Source: an uncultured Thermoleophilia bacterium (GTDB lineage Bacteria; Actinomycetota; Thermoleophilia; UBA2241). From it: 64,000 nucleotides of DNA. The position numbers and the translations under genes were made by a program. Location of the stretch: NCBI GenBank assembly GCA_963715985.1, contig CAVQSP010000010.1, positions 96,001 to 160,000 on the forward strand. Direction: 5' to 3'. The notes under the pieces are model-generated. The model was given only the letters and a program-made list of their open reading frames with translations, ran no database searches and had not been told where the DNA came from. Positions 20,345-29,372 of this stretch are shown here, piece after piece. How positions within the stretch are numbered: the first letter of the stretch is position 1; each line of letters starts with the position of its first letter.

Positions 20345-21346
20345 GTGAACGTCACCGTCGAGATAGAGCGTCGCGACAACGGTCGCTCCAAGCCCGAGTG
20401 GGTGTGCCCCTCCTGCAAGCGGGAGGCGCCCCTCGCGGACGTGCGCGCCAACCTCATGGTGTGCCCGCTCTGCGGCTTCCACCTGCGCCTGGGCGCGCGC
20501 GAGCGCATCGCGCAGCTGGTGGACGAAGGCACGTTCCGCGAGCTGTGGGGCGGCGTGCTCGCCCGCGACCCGCTCAAGTTCGTCGACCTCGAGACGTACC
20601 CCGAGCGCATGCGCGAGGCGCAAGCCAAGACGGGCCTCAACGAGGCCATCGTGGCCGGTACCGCCGCGCTCGACGGCATCTCCTGTGTGATCGCGGTCAT
20701 GGACTTCGGCTTTCTCGGCGGCAGCATGGGCAGCGTGGTCGGCGAGAAGCTCTGGCGCAGCGCGGAGCTGGCGGCCAGCGACGACCTCCCGCTCGTCGCC
20801 GTCTGCAGTTCGGGCGGCGCGCGTATGCAGGAGGGCATCCTGAGCCTCATGCAGATGGCCAAGACCGCCTGCGCCGTGGACCTCATCAACGAGGCCACGT
20901 CGCCGTTCGTCACGATCCTCGCGGACCCGTGCACGGGCGGCGTGGTGGCCAGCTTCGCCACGTTGGCCGACATCTGCATCGCCGAGCCGGGCGCGCGGCT
21001 GTACTTCACCGGCCCGCGCGTCATCGCCGAGACCACGCACGAGGCGCTGCCCGAGGGCTTCGGCAGCGCCGAGCGCAACCTCGAGCTCGGTCATCTGGAC
21101 GCCGTCGTGGCGCGCAAGGACCTGCGCGTCAGGGTCGGCAACTACCTGCGACTGCTGGGGGGAGGTGAGGAACCTGAACGAGCCACCACAGCCACCGGAC
21201 GAACGCGAGGCAAGGGTGGGCTGGCTGCGAGCACGTTTGAGCGAGTTAAAGCTCTTGCAGCGTATGCCCGGCGTCAACCTGTCGGAGGAGATCGACAAGC
21301 TCCAGACGAGGCTGAAGAGCCTCCAGCACGAGAGCCGTCGCAATGA
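20345..21346 (+). CDS. accD: Acetyl-CoA carboxylase carboxyltransferase beta subunit
   Basis: CPSC..CPLC zinc finger, FLGGSMG, SGGARMQEG; tail overlaps accA. Confidence 0.93.
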   Translation: MNVTVEIERRDNGRSKPEWVCPSCKREAPLADVRANLMVCPLCGFHLRLGARERIAQLVDEGTFRELWGGVLARDPLKFVDLETYPERMREAQAKTGLNEAIVAGTAALDGISCVIAVMDFGFLGGSMGSVVGEKLWRSAELAASDDLPLVAVCSSGGARMQEGILSLMQMAKTACAVDLINEATSPFVTILADPCTGGVVASFATLADICIAEPGARLYFTGPRVIAETTHEALPEGFGSAERNLELGHLDAVVARKDLRVRVGNYLRLLGGGEEPERATTATGRTRGKGGLAASTFERVKALAAYARRQPVGGDRQAPDEAEEPPAREPSQ

Positions 21347-22187
21347 CGCCTGGGTGACCGTCGAGATCGCACGGCACAAGGACAGGCCGCGCACGCGCGA
21401 CTACATCGGGTACCTCATCGAGGGCTTCGAGGAGCTTCGCGGCGACCGCCTGCGCGCCGACGACCCCGCCATCGTGGGCGGGCTCGGCTGGTTCGAGGGC
21501 CGCGCCGTGCTCGTGGTCGGCCACCAGAAGGGCCGGACGCTGGACGAGCAGGAGCACCACAGCTGGGGCATGGCCAAGCCTGAGGGCTACCGCAAGGCCC
21601 AGCGGCTGTTCGCGCTCGCCGAACGCCACTTCCTGCCGGTGCTCACGTTCGTGGACACGCCGGGCGCGTACCCGGGCGTGGCCGCGGAAGAGGGCGGCCA
21701 GGCGCGCGCCATCGCGGAGACCATGCTCAAGATGGCGCGCCTCACGGTGCCCGTCGTGGCCACTGTGATCGGCGAGGGCGGCTCCGGCGGCGCCCTGGCG
21801 CTGGCCGTCGCCGACCGTGTGCTCATGCAGGAGAACGCCACATACTCGGTCATCACGCCCGAGGGGTGCGCCGCCATCCTGTGGCGGGACGCGGCCTTCG
21901 CGCCACAGGCCGCGGAATCGCTCAAGCCGACGGCCTCGCAACTGCTGGAGCTCGGCGTGGTGGAGAAGGTCATCGCCGAGCCGCGCGGCGGCGCTCACCA
22001 CAATCCCGAGGCCGCTGCGGCCACGGTGGGCGAGGCCATCACGGCGGCGCTCGAGGAGCTCGCGCCGATCCCGCCGGAGCAGCGCCGCCGCATGCGCCGG
22101 CGCCGCTTCCAGGGCCTCGGCGACTGGGCCGACCCCGAGATGTCGCCGGGCGCCTTCTCCCTCTTCGGGGGCTACGCCGCGCCCTGA
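21165..22187 (+). CDS. accA: Acetyl-CoA carboxylase carboxyltransferase alpha subunit (start uncertain)
   Basis: GHQKGR, PEGYRKA, DTPGAYPG, GEGGSGGALA. Confidence 0.93.
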   Translation: MRNLNEPPQPPDEREARVGWLRARLSELKLLQRMPGVNLSEEIDKLQTRLKSLQHESRRNDAWVTVEIARHKDRPRTRDYIGYLIEGFEELRGDRLRADDPAIVGGLGWFEGRAVLVVGHQKGRTLDEQEHHSWGMAKPEGYRKAQRLFALAERHFLPVLTFVDTPGAYPGVAAEEGGQARAIAETMLKMARLTVPVVATVIGEGGSGGALALAVADRVLMQENATYSVITPEGCAAILWRDAAFAPQAAESLKPTASQLLELGVVEKVIAEPRGGAHHNPEAAAATVGEAITAALEELAPIPPEQRRRMRRRRFQGLGDWADPEMSPGAFSLFGGYAAP

Positions 22188-22331
22188 CGGGCGCCGCCCG
22201 CCCCGCCCCTACCGTCCGCGCGGGCCCGGTGCGCGGCGATCCTCTGCGGCGGCCGGTGCGTCACCTCTGTATCCCCGTCCGCCTACGGCACACCGGCGTC
22301 GACCGCCGGACCGCCGGGTACCTGTAGAGAC

Positions 22332-23240
22332 ATGCCGCCCGTAATCGTCGCCGAGCACCTCCAGAAGCGCTACAAGGACTTCGTCGCGGTCGCCGACGCC
22401 AGCCTCGAGGTCGAGGAGGGTGAGATCTTCGGCCTGCTCGGCTCCAACGGCGCCGGCAAGACCACCACCGTCGAATGTCTGCAAGGCCTGCGCAAAGCCG
22501 ACGGAGGGCGGCTGCGCGTTCTCGGACTGGATCCACTCACCGAGGCCCGCGAGCTGCGCCGCCGCATCGGCTCGCAGCTCCAGAGCTCCGCGCTGCCCGA
22601 CCACGTGCGCGTGTGGGAGGCGTTGGACCTCTTCTCTGCGATCCTCCCCGGCGGCCAGGACTGGCGCGAGGTCATGGAGCAGTGGGGCCTGGCCGACAAG
22701 CGCAAGGCGTCCTTTCACGCTCTCTCCGGCGGGCAGCGCCAGCGGCTGTTCATCGCCCTGGCGCTGGTCAACGGTCCGGAGCTCGTCTTTCTCGACGAGA
22801 TGACGACCGGGCTGGACCCGGCGGCGCGCCGCGTGGCCTGGGAGCTGGTGCGCGAGGTGCGCGACAGGGGGACCACCGTGGTCCTCGTGACCCACTTCAT
22901 GGAGGAGGCCGAGCGCCTCTGCGACCGCATCGCCGTGATGGACGCCGGGCGCATCGTGGCTGAGGGCACACCGGCCCAGCTCACGGCGCAGCACGCCCAG
23001 TACTTGACCGTGGTGTTCTCCACGGACGCGGCGGACGTCGGCTGGCTCGCGGACGTGCCGCACGTCGACAGGGTGGTGCGGCACGGGGCGCGGGTAGAGG
23101 TGCGCGGCACGGGCCCGGTGCTGGCGCACGCCGCCGCCGCCCTCGTCGCTCACGGCATCACGCCGCCCGACCTGCACGTGGAGCTGCCCACGCTCGAGGA
23201 CGTCTTCCTCTCGCTCACCGGCCACGCCATGGAGGAGTGA
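22332..23240 (+). CDS. ABC-2 exporter ATP-binding protein
   Basis: GSNGAGKTT, LSGGQRQR, FLDEMTTGLDP. Confidence 0.93.
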   Translation: MPPVIVAEHLQKRYKDFVAVADASLEVEEGEIFGLLGSNGAGKTTTVECLQGLRKADGGRLRVLGLDPLTEARELRRRIGSQLQSSALPDHVRVWEALDLFSAILPGGQDWREVMEQWGLADKRKASFHALSGGQRQRLFIALALVNGPELVFLDEMTTGLDPAARRVAWELVREVRDRGTTVVLVTHFMEEAERLCDRIAVMDAGRIVAEGTPAQLTAQHAQYLTVVFSTDAADVGWLADVPHVDRVVRHGARVEVRGTGPVLAHAAAALVAHGITPPDLHVELPTLEDVFLSLTGHAMEE

Positions 23241-23986
23241 GCGTGAAGGTCCTGCTCAAACTGGCGTGGCTGGAGATCAAGCTGCTGGCGCGCGAGCCAC
23301 TCACCCTGATGTTCTCGTTCCTCTTCCCCATCCTCGTGCTGGTGCTGCTGGGGGGGATCTTCGGCAACGAGCGCATGGATCACGGCGCCTTTGCCGGCAT
23401 CAAGATGGTGGAATGGTACGTGCCCAGCTACATCGCTCTGGTGGTCGCGTCGATCGGCACGATCTCCCTGCCGGTGCACCTCTCCTCGTACCGGGAGCGC
23501 GGGGTGCTGCGCCGCTTTCGCGCCAGCGGCGTGTCGGAGGCGGCGCTGCTCGGCTCGCAGCTCCTCGTCAGCCTCGGGGTGGCGTTCATCGGCGCCCTCA
23601 TCATCACCGTCCTCGGCATGCTGGCGTACGGCACCGCGGTACCGTCGTCGCCGGGAGCGGTCGGCCTCGCCTACGTGGTCGGCGTGTTCTGCTTCTCGGC
23701 CATCGGCGTGTTGCTCGCCTCGCTGGCGCCGACCGCCCGCGCCGCGCAGTCGATCGGCATGCTCCTGTGGTTCATCATGCTGTTCGTCTCGGGCACGTCG
23801 GCGCCGCTCGACCGGTTGCCCCCGTGGATGCTCACGATCGGCAAGGCGCTGCCCCTCTATCATGTCGTGCTGACGCTGGTGGACCCGTGGATCGGGCGGG
23901 GGTCGAACTGGGCTCAGCTGGGCATCGTGGCGGCCATCGGGGCCGTGGCGGCGCTGGTGAGCCTGCGCCTCTTCCGCTGGGAGTAG
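23237..23986 (+). CDS. ABC-2 exporter permease
   Basis: About six TM segments, YRERGVLRR motif, coupled to ATPase gene. Confidence 0.92.
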   Translation: MSVKVLLKLAWLEIKLLAREPLTLMFSFLFPILVLVLLGGIFGNERMDHGAFAGIKMVEWYVPSYIALVVASIGTISLPVHLSSYRERGVLRRFRASGVSEAALLGSQLLVSLGVAFIGALIITVLGMLAYGTAVPSSPGAVGLAYVVGVFCFSAIGVLLASLAPTARAAQSIGMLLWFIMLFVSGTSAPLDRLPPWMLTIGKALPLYHVVLTLVDPWIGRGSNWAQLGIVAAIGAVAALVSLRLFRWE

Positions 23987-24009
23987 GCCGGCCGAAAGCG
24001 CTTGCGGGC

Positions 24010-24645
24010 TCAGAGCTCCTTGAGCACGGCGCCGAGGCGCTTCTTGACGCCGTGCTGGATGTTGCGCAGCCCGGGCGTGCCGAACAGCCAGATCTGGGCG
24101 ACCGGATCGGCGCCGGCGATCACGCTGCCGCCACCCTCGGCGGGGACCACGGCGATCGGCAGCAGCATGGCCGTGGGCGCCCTTGGGTCCAGCTCGAAGG
24201 CCTTGGCCGCGGCCACCGGCACCGCGACCTGCAGGAGCACGTACTCCTCAGGGAGGCGCTCGTCGATCTCGGGCCCCCTCGTCTGGGCGACGATCGTGAA
24301 GTCGTTGGCCTCGAGGAGCTCGATGAGGCGTGCCAAGGCTGCGCGCGGAGGGACCGAGAGCGTGTGAGAGGTCCGCCAGGCGCCTCTTCTGGCGTGTTCG
24401 GCGGCGTCTTCCGGCACTGGGTACGTCGCGCGGAGGTACTCCATGATCTCCTCCGAGCTCGTGAAGACCTTGTCGCCGTCCTGCAGCATGGGGACGCTGC
24501 TCTGGCCGGAGACGGCGACGACCTCGGGGCGCTTCTCCTTGTCGGCCGAGACGCTCGCGCTGACGTAGGTCAGCTCCAGCTCCGTCATGACCTGCCGCAC
24601 GCGGTGGCAGTCGGGGCACCATTCGAGTTGGTAGAACGTGATCAT
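24010..24645 (-). CDS. Glutaredoxin/GST-N domain fused to DUF302-like domain
   Basis: WCPDC, SGQSSVPML; C-terminal half resembles DUF302. Confidence 0.7.
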   Translation of the reverse strand: MITFYQLEWCPDCHRVRQVMTELELTYVSASVSADKEKRPEVVAVSGQSSVPMLQDGDKVFTSSEEIMEYLRATYPVPEDAAEHARRGAWRTSHTLSVPPRAALARLIELLEANDFTIVAQTRGPEIDERLPEEYVLLQVAVPVAAAKAFELDPRAPTAMLLPIAVVPAEGGGSVIAGADPVAQIWLFGTPGLRNIQHGVKKRLGAVLKEL

Positions 24646-24699
24646 CTGACCTCCGTCAGTGGTGGTTGCGAAGAGCGTGACTGTCGTGCGGGCGCCGGC

Positions 24700-26628
24700 T
24701 CAAGCCAGCGGGCGCCCGAGCGCGGCCGGGTCAGTCACCGGCGCGAGGCACGTGGTGCCGCGGCACACGTAGGCGGCGAGGCCGGGCGGCCCGCCGGCAG
24801 GGCCGGTGATACTGAGAGCCTCGAGGCGGGATGCGTCCGCGGCGTCACCGGGGTCGAGGAGTTGCACAGTGCGCAACGGCCGCGCCGCGGCGAGCGCCGC
24901 GGCGTGCAGGCGCCGGGCGGCAGGGTCGTCGCGGGCGCCGGCTACGACGATGTGGTCGGGCCGGTCGATGTACCGCAGGAGCGCCCTGCCGTAGGCGGCG
25001 GCGGCGACCCCGTACTGCTCGTGGGACGAGACCCAGCCCATCAGGATCTCGAGGGCAGCGTCACGCCACTTGGCTTCGCCGGTGTACGCCTCGAGGCGCA
25101 TGAGGACGTCGGCCATCAGCGCGTTCTCGTCCAGCACCGGTAGCGGTCGGCCCAGCAGGCCGGCGCTGTCGCCGGCCGTCGGGAGGCGGTCGTGCAGGCG
25201 GCCGTCGGGGGCGCGGAGGTGCTCGCCGGCCCAGCCGGCGAGCTCAGCCGCGCCCTCCAGCCACCGCCGCTCGGCGGTGACTTCGTAGGCGTCGAGGAGC
25301 GCGGCCGCGAGCGACGCCTGGTCGGCCAGCAGCGGCGACCCGGGCGCGGGCTGTCCTTCGGCCGTGAGGTAGTGCGCCGCCGCGCCGCCGCGCCGACCGG
25401 TCTCCCAGAGGCGCGCGAGCGCGGCGATCGCAGCATCGCCCAGGTCCTGACGCTGCAGCAGCACGGCGCCGCGCAGCAAGGCCCGCACGGCCAGCGCGTT
25501 CCAGTCGACGATGACTGTGGGATCCACGTACGGCTCCGGCAGTCCGGAGCGTCCCTCGGCGTCCAGAAGATAGTAGCTCTCGTCAGCGTCCTGGCTGCCG
25601 CCGAAGGCCGGCGGGTCGGCCTGCCAGAGGGTGGCGAGGAGGTAGTCGAGCGTGCCGCCGGCCGCGTCTCGGTACAGCACCATCGACCCGAGGCCGGCCG
25701 GCGAGTCGTCGCCGTGTTCGCGCGCCAGGACGGCGGCGTCGAGGTACAGGACTGCGAGCCGCGCGTTGTCCTCCAGCATCTTCTCGTAGTGGGGCACGGA
25801 CCAGTCGCGCCGTGTGGCGTAGCGGAAGAAGCCGCCGGCGACGCCGTCGTAGATGTCGCCGCGGGCCATGCCCTGCAGCGTGGTGCGCACCACTTCGTGC
25901 ACGCGCCCGGCGCTGAGCAGGCCGCTCGTGTGCGGCGCCACGTGCGCGGGTGCGCCGGCGCCGCGCATCTCCGCGTAGGCCAAGGCGAACTCGAACACGT
26001 CCGCCTGCGGGAACTTGGGGTCCGCGCCCAGGCCGCCGTGCACGGGGTCGAAGGAGCGCACCACCTCCAGCGCGATCTCGGCTGGGATGTCGCCGGGCAC
26101 GTCCGGGTCGCCTTCGAAATCGGGCGCCGGCCCGTCGCTGCGGAACGGCGTGGAGCCCAGGTACGCGCGCGCCGCGTCGGCGTCGGCGGCGCGCGCGTGC
26201 TCGGCGGTCTCCAGGGCCAGCAGCGCCACGCGGTTGGCGGCGAAGAAGTCGGTGACTCGCGTCAGGCTCTGCAGCATCTGGTCGGGCGGGATGTACGTGC
26301 CGCCGGTGATCGTGTCGCCGTTGGCGGCCAGGAACGCGGTGGTGGGCCAGCCGCCCATGTTGTACCGGCGGTTCACGTCGGGATGCCGGTCGTTGTCCAC
26401 ACGCACCGGCACGAACCCCTGGTTGATGGCGGTGATGACGCGCTCATCGGAGTAGCTGGTCTCGTCCATGACGTGGCACCAGTGGCACCACACCGCGGAG
26501 AGCGAGAGCAGGATCGGGCGCCCGAGCCGGTGCGCCTCCTTGAAGGCGTCCTCGCTCCAAGGGCGCCAGTGGATCTCGTGGGCCCGGTTGGGGCGCGGCG
26601 AGAAGCGGAAGTCGGTGTCCCCGTCCAT
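24700..26628 (-). CDS. Thioredoxin-domain protein, YyaL/SSP411 (DUF255) family
   Basis: WCHWCHVM, GGWP, PKFP, WSVPHYEKML. Confidence 0.92.
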   Translation of the reverse strand: MDGDTDFRFSPRPNRAHEIHWRPWSEDAFKEAHRLGRPILLSLSAVWCHWCHVMDETSYSDERVITAINQGFVPVRVDNDRHPDVNRRYNMGGWPTTAFLAANGDTITGGTYIPPDQMLQSLTRVTDFFAANRVALLALETAEHARAADADAARAYLGSTPFRSDGPAPDFEGDPDVPGDIPAEIALEVVRSFDPVHGGLGADPKFPQADVFEFALAYAEMRGAGAPAHVAPHTSGLLSAGRVHEVVRTTLQGMARGDIYDGVAGGFFRYATRRDWSVPHYEKMLEDNARLAVLYLDAAVLAREHGDDSPAGLGSMVLYRDAAGGTLDYLLATLWQADPPAFGGSQDADESYYLLDAEGRSGLPEPYVDPTVIVDWNALAVRALLRGAVLLQRQDLGDAAIAALARLWETGRRGGAAAHYLTAEGQPAPGSPLLADQASLAAALLDAYEVTAERRWLEGAAELAGWAGEHLRAPDGRLHDRLPTAGDSAGLLGRPLPVLDENALMADVLMRLEAYTGEAKWRDAALEILMGWVSSHEQYGVAAAAYGRALLRYIDRPDHIVVAGARDDPAARRLHAAALAAARPLRTVQLLDPGDAADASRLEALSITGPAGGPPGLAAYVCRGTTCLAPVTDPAALGRPLA

Positions 26629-26763
26629 GGGCCTGACATTCCCACGCGCACGGCAGGTGAATCGTGGAGCTGCGCTGCCGGCCCCACGGCGGGTCGCGTG
26701 TCCGCCTGCGCCGCCGCCTGTAGCGTGCTCGCCCGCGCGGTGGCGCGATACGATGGTCGCGTC

Positions 26764-27828
26764 ATGGACACACCCATCCCTCTCATCGAGCTCGCGGGCA
26801 CGCACCGCGAGATCGGGCGCCAGATCGGCGAGGAGTCGCGAGACGTCATCGCGCGCGCCCTGGCTCGCTACGAGGTCCGGTTCCCGGTGCTCGCCGGCAT
26901 GACCTTCACAGCGGCCGTCGAGGCGGCGCGCCCATACCTGCGGCCGGCCGAGGAGTACCTGCCCGACGCCGTGGACGAGCTGCGCGGTATCGCCGAGGGC
27001 GCCGGCGTGCCGTTCGAGCAGCTCCTCGCCCTGAACTGCAGCGAGGAGACCACGTGCGCGGCCGACTGGGTGTGGCCGCCGGCGGAAGGCCACTGCACCT
27101 CGTTCGCCTTCGTGGCCGGCGGGCGTACCGTGGCCGGCCACAATGAAGACTGGTACCCGGACGACATCGACGCGCTTGTGGTGCGCCGAACGCGGGTGCG
27201 CGGCGGGGCAGAGTACATCTCCGTGGGCCCCGCCTACTACCTGCCGATCACCGGCGTCACGGCCCGCGGCTTCTCGAGCGCGGCCAACACCGTGTACTGC
27301 CGCGACGAGCGCGTGGGCGTGCCCAACAATGTCGTGCTGGCCGGCGTGCTGGAGGCCGGCGGCCTCGACGACGCCGCGGCGCTCATCGCAGGGGCGGAGC
27401 GGGCGCGCGGCTCCAACCACCTCTTCGCCGACGAGACCGGCCGGATCCTGGACGTGGAGACGTCTGCCACCCGCCTGGCGCGCATGGACGGCGGCGCCTG
27501 CTTCGCGCACACCAACCACTACGTGTCGGCCCAGCTTGCGCCGCAGGACGCGAGCCGGTCGGAGGGGTCGCCCAAACGGCTCGCTCGTGCATACGGATTG
27601 CTGGCCGCCGGACTCGACGCCGGCACGGACCCTGTCGACCTGGCGATGTCCGTGCTCAGGGACCACGCCAACGCGCCCGAGTCCATCTGCGGGCACTGGA
27701 ACGACGCCGACCCGGCGCAGGACCAGTCGGTGACCACGGTGAGCATGGTGTGGGAGCCGGCCGAGCGGCGCGTGCGCGTCGCGGCCGGCCAGCCGTGCGA
27801 GCATGAGTACGTGACCTACGAGCTCTGA
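26764..27828 (+). CDS. C45 family autoproteolytic acyltransferase/peptidase
   Basis: HCTS nucleophile, GHNEDW, HTNHY. Confidence 0.9.
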   Translation: MDTPIPLIELAGTHREIGRQIGEESRDVIARALARYEVRFPVLAGMTFTAAVEAARPYLRPAEEYLPDAVDELRGIAEGAGVPFEQLLALNCSEETTCAADWVWPPAEGHCTSFAFVAGGRTVAGHNEDWYPDDIDALVVRRTRVRGGAEYISVGPAYYLPITGVTARGFSSAANTVYCRDERVGVPNNVVLAGVLEAGGLDDAAALIAGAERARGSNHLFADETGRILDVETSATRLARMDGGACFAHTNHYVSAQLAPQDASRSEGSPKRLARAYGLLAAGLDAGTDPVDLAMSVLRDHANAPESICGHWNDADPAQDQSVTTVSMVWEPAERRVRVAAGQPCEHEYVTYEL

Positions 27829-27879
27829 GCGGCGACCCTGCGGCGCGCCGCTCCATGAGCCAGCTGCGTTGCTGTTCGA

Positions 27880-27897
27880 GCGGCGCGACCGCGCCGC
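27880..27897 (-). promoter_or_regulatory. Candidate bacterial SECIS hairpin (alternatively a terminator)
   Basis: GCGGCGC-GGUC-GCGCCGC beginning 13 nt after in-frame UGA 27913-27911. Confidence 0.45.
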
Positions 27898-27910
27898 AGC
27901 GTCAGCGGCC

Positions 27911-28111
27911 TCAGCCGTAGGACGTGTTGCAGGCCGGCGCCCCGCAGTTGGGGTCCGACAGCGGGCCGTTGCGCAGGTAGCTGCCGAACGACTGCTTGAT
28001 GTCCTTGCTGTTGCACTCGGGGCACTGCTTCTGCTTGGCCTTGATGGCGCCGCGGGTCACCAGCTGGAACTTGTGACCGCAGCTCTTGCAGCTCAGATCG
28101 AAGATGGCCAT
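27911..28111 (-). CDS. FmdB-family zinc-ribbon protein, possibly extended by selenocysteine to 27902
   Basis: MAIFDLSCKSCG...CPECNS; ends SYG-TGA-GGC-CGC-TGA. Confidence 0.85.
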   Translation of the reverse strand: MAIFDLSCKSCGHKFQLVTRGAIKAKQKQCPECNSKDIKQSFGSYLRNGPLSDPNCGAPACNTSYG

Positions 28112-28308
28112 CAGCGGACCCCCACCTCGTCGCGGACGTATGAGAACACGCGGCACACGTCGGTGCAGGCGCGGCAGTCGGTACACAGCTCGTCGTCGAT
28201 GTGCGGTGCGCTGAAGATGTCGTCCTGGACGATCGCACCGACCGGGCAGAAGCGCACGGCGGGGCACGGGTGGTTCTGGGGGCAGGCGTGGACGTTGACG
28301 TCGATCAT
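28111..28308 (-). CDS. Small 4Fe-4S ferredoxin-like protein
   Basis: CPQNHPCPAVRFCPVGAI, CTDCRACTDVC. Confidence 0.85.
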   Translation of the reverse strand: MIDVNVHACPQNHPCPAVRFCPVGAIVQDDIFSAPHIDDELCTDCRACTDVCRVFSYVRDEVGVR

Positions 28309-28327
28309 GCGCTCTCTCCGGTGACGG

Positions 28328-28534
28328 TCAGTTGGCGGTGCTGAAGTGGAGCGCCCGGTAGAGCGGGCAGCATCCGGTGGCGGCGGTGACGAGCAGGACC
28401 GCGCCGAGGGACGCGGACAGCGCGCCGAAGGGCCGGCGATGGGTGGCGCAGGCCACGGCGCCTACGGCGACGAGGGCTGTGCCGGCTCCCGCGCGCACCA
28501 GCCTGTCGGGGGTGCTTTCGTTCTTCTCAAACAT
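28328..28534 (-). CDS. DUF2892/YgaP-like small membrane protein
   Basis: KNESTPDRLVR, two TM segments, GCCPLY. Confidence 0.85.
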   Translation of the reverse strand: MFEKNESTPDRLVRAGAGTALVAVGAVACATHRRPFGALSASLGAVLLVTAATGCCPLYRALHFSTAN

Positions 28535-28862
28535 GTGACTCCTGACTCTCCAGAATGTGGGCCTTGTCTGCCATCTCGCGGCCGACGATCTCGTCGATGA
28601 GCGCGCAGGCCTGCGAGAGGCGCCTGTCGACGACCTCCCACAGCACGCGACCGTCCTGGCGAGAGCGCTTCACGAGGCCCTCCCGCTGCAGCACCGCCAG
28701 GTGCTGTGAGACGTTGGGCCGGCTGACCTCGAGCGCCTCCGCGAGTTCGGTGGGCGTGAGCGGGTCCTCGCACAGCAGATGCATCATCTCGTGGCGTGTA
28801 GGGTTCGCGAGGGCTGCGAACACCGCGGCGTGGATCTCGTAGCGCTGTCGTTCCATACTCAT
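28527..28862 (-). CDS. ArsR/SmtB family regulator
   Basis: FAALANPTR, NVSQHLAVL; Cys in LLC and QAC. Confidence 0.92.
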   Translation of the reverse strand: MSMERQRYEIHAAVFAALANPTRHEMMHLLCEDPLTPTELAEALEVSRPNVSQHLAVLQREGLVKRSRQDGRVLWEVVDRRLSQACALIDEIVGREMADKAHILESQESHV

Positions 28863-28868
28863 GCGGCT

Positions 28869-28896
28869 ATTGTATCCAAGTTTCGCAATTTCGCAA
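28869..28896 (-). promoter_or_regulatory. sigma70-like leaderless promoter overlapping probable operator
   Basis: TTGCGA-N16-TACAAT-N6-ATG; tandem TTTCGCAA repeat at 28881-28896. Confidence 0.65.
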
Positions 28897-28976
28897 CATG
28901 GAAATCTAGTGAGCAGTGAAGTGGCTCCCCCAGAGGGATCCGGAAGACTCCAGAGCACTTCGGAAAGGCGAGAGAC

Positions 28977-29372
28977 ATGGACATGCAGGTCTACTTCCCC
29001 GGCGGCAAGCGCGTGTACGCGGACTACGGCGGGTTCACCATCGAGACCGACCAGCCTGTGCGCGGTGGAGGCGACGGCTCCGCGCCGGCCCCCTTCGATC
29101 TCTTCCTTGCGTCCATCGGGACCTGCGCCGGCATCTACGCGCTCGGCTTCATGCAGCAGCGCGGCATCGACGCGGAGAACGCGAAGCTGACGATGAGCAT
29201 GGCGCGCGACCCCCAGACGGGGATGATCGGCGAGATAGGCATCGAGCTGACGCTCCCCCCCGAGTTCCCTGAGAAGTACCGGGATGCCATCGTGAACGCC
29301 ATGAACCTGTGCGCGGTGAAGAAGCACATCCACAATCCGCCGGAGTTCTCCATCACCACGGTGATGAGCTGA
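28977..29372 (+). CDS. OsmC/Ohr family protein
   Basis: TDQP..GG, PFDLFLASIGTC, second Cys in LCAVKK. Confidence 0.9.
   Translation: MDMQVYFPGGKRVYADYGGFTIETDQPVRGGGDGSAPAPFDLFLASIGTCAGIYALGFMQQRGIDAENAKLTMSMARDPQTGMIGEIGIELTLPPEFPEKYRDAIVNAMNLCAVKKHIHNPPEFSITTVMS

Noticed and set aside
15777-22187. Secondary-metabolite (PKS) cluster
   Set aside because: All genes look like primary FAS II/ACC enzymes; no chain-length factor or tailoring genes
24700-27804. 1034-aa fusion ORF and other long antisense or alternate-frame ORFs across the window
   Set aside because: Shadow ORFs expected at this GC content; the real genes are YyaL (to 26628) and the opposite-strand C45 gene
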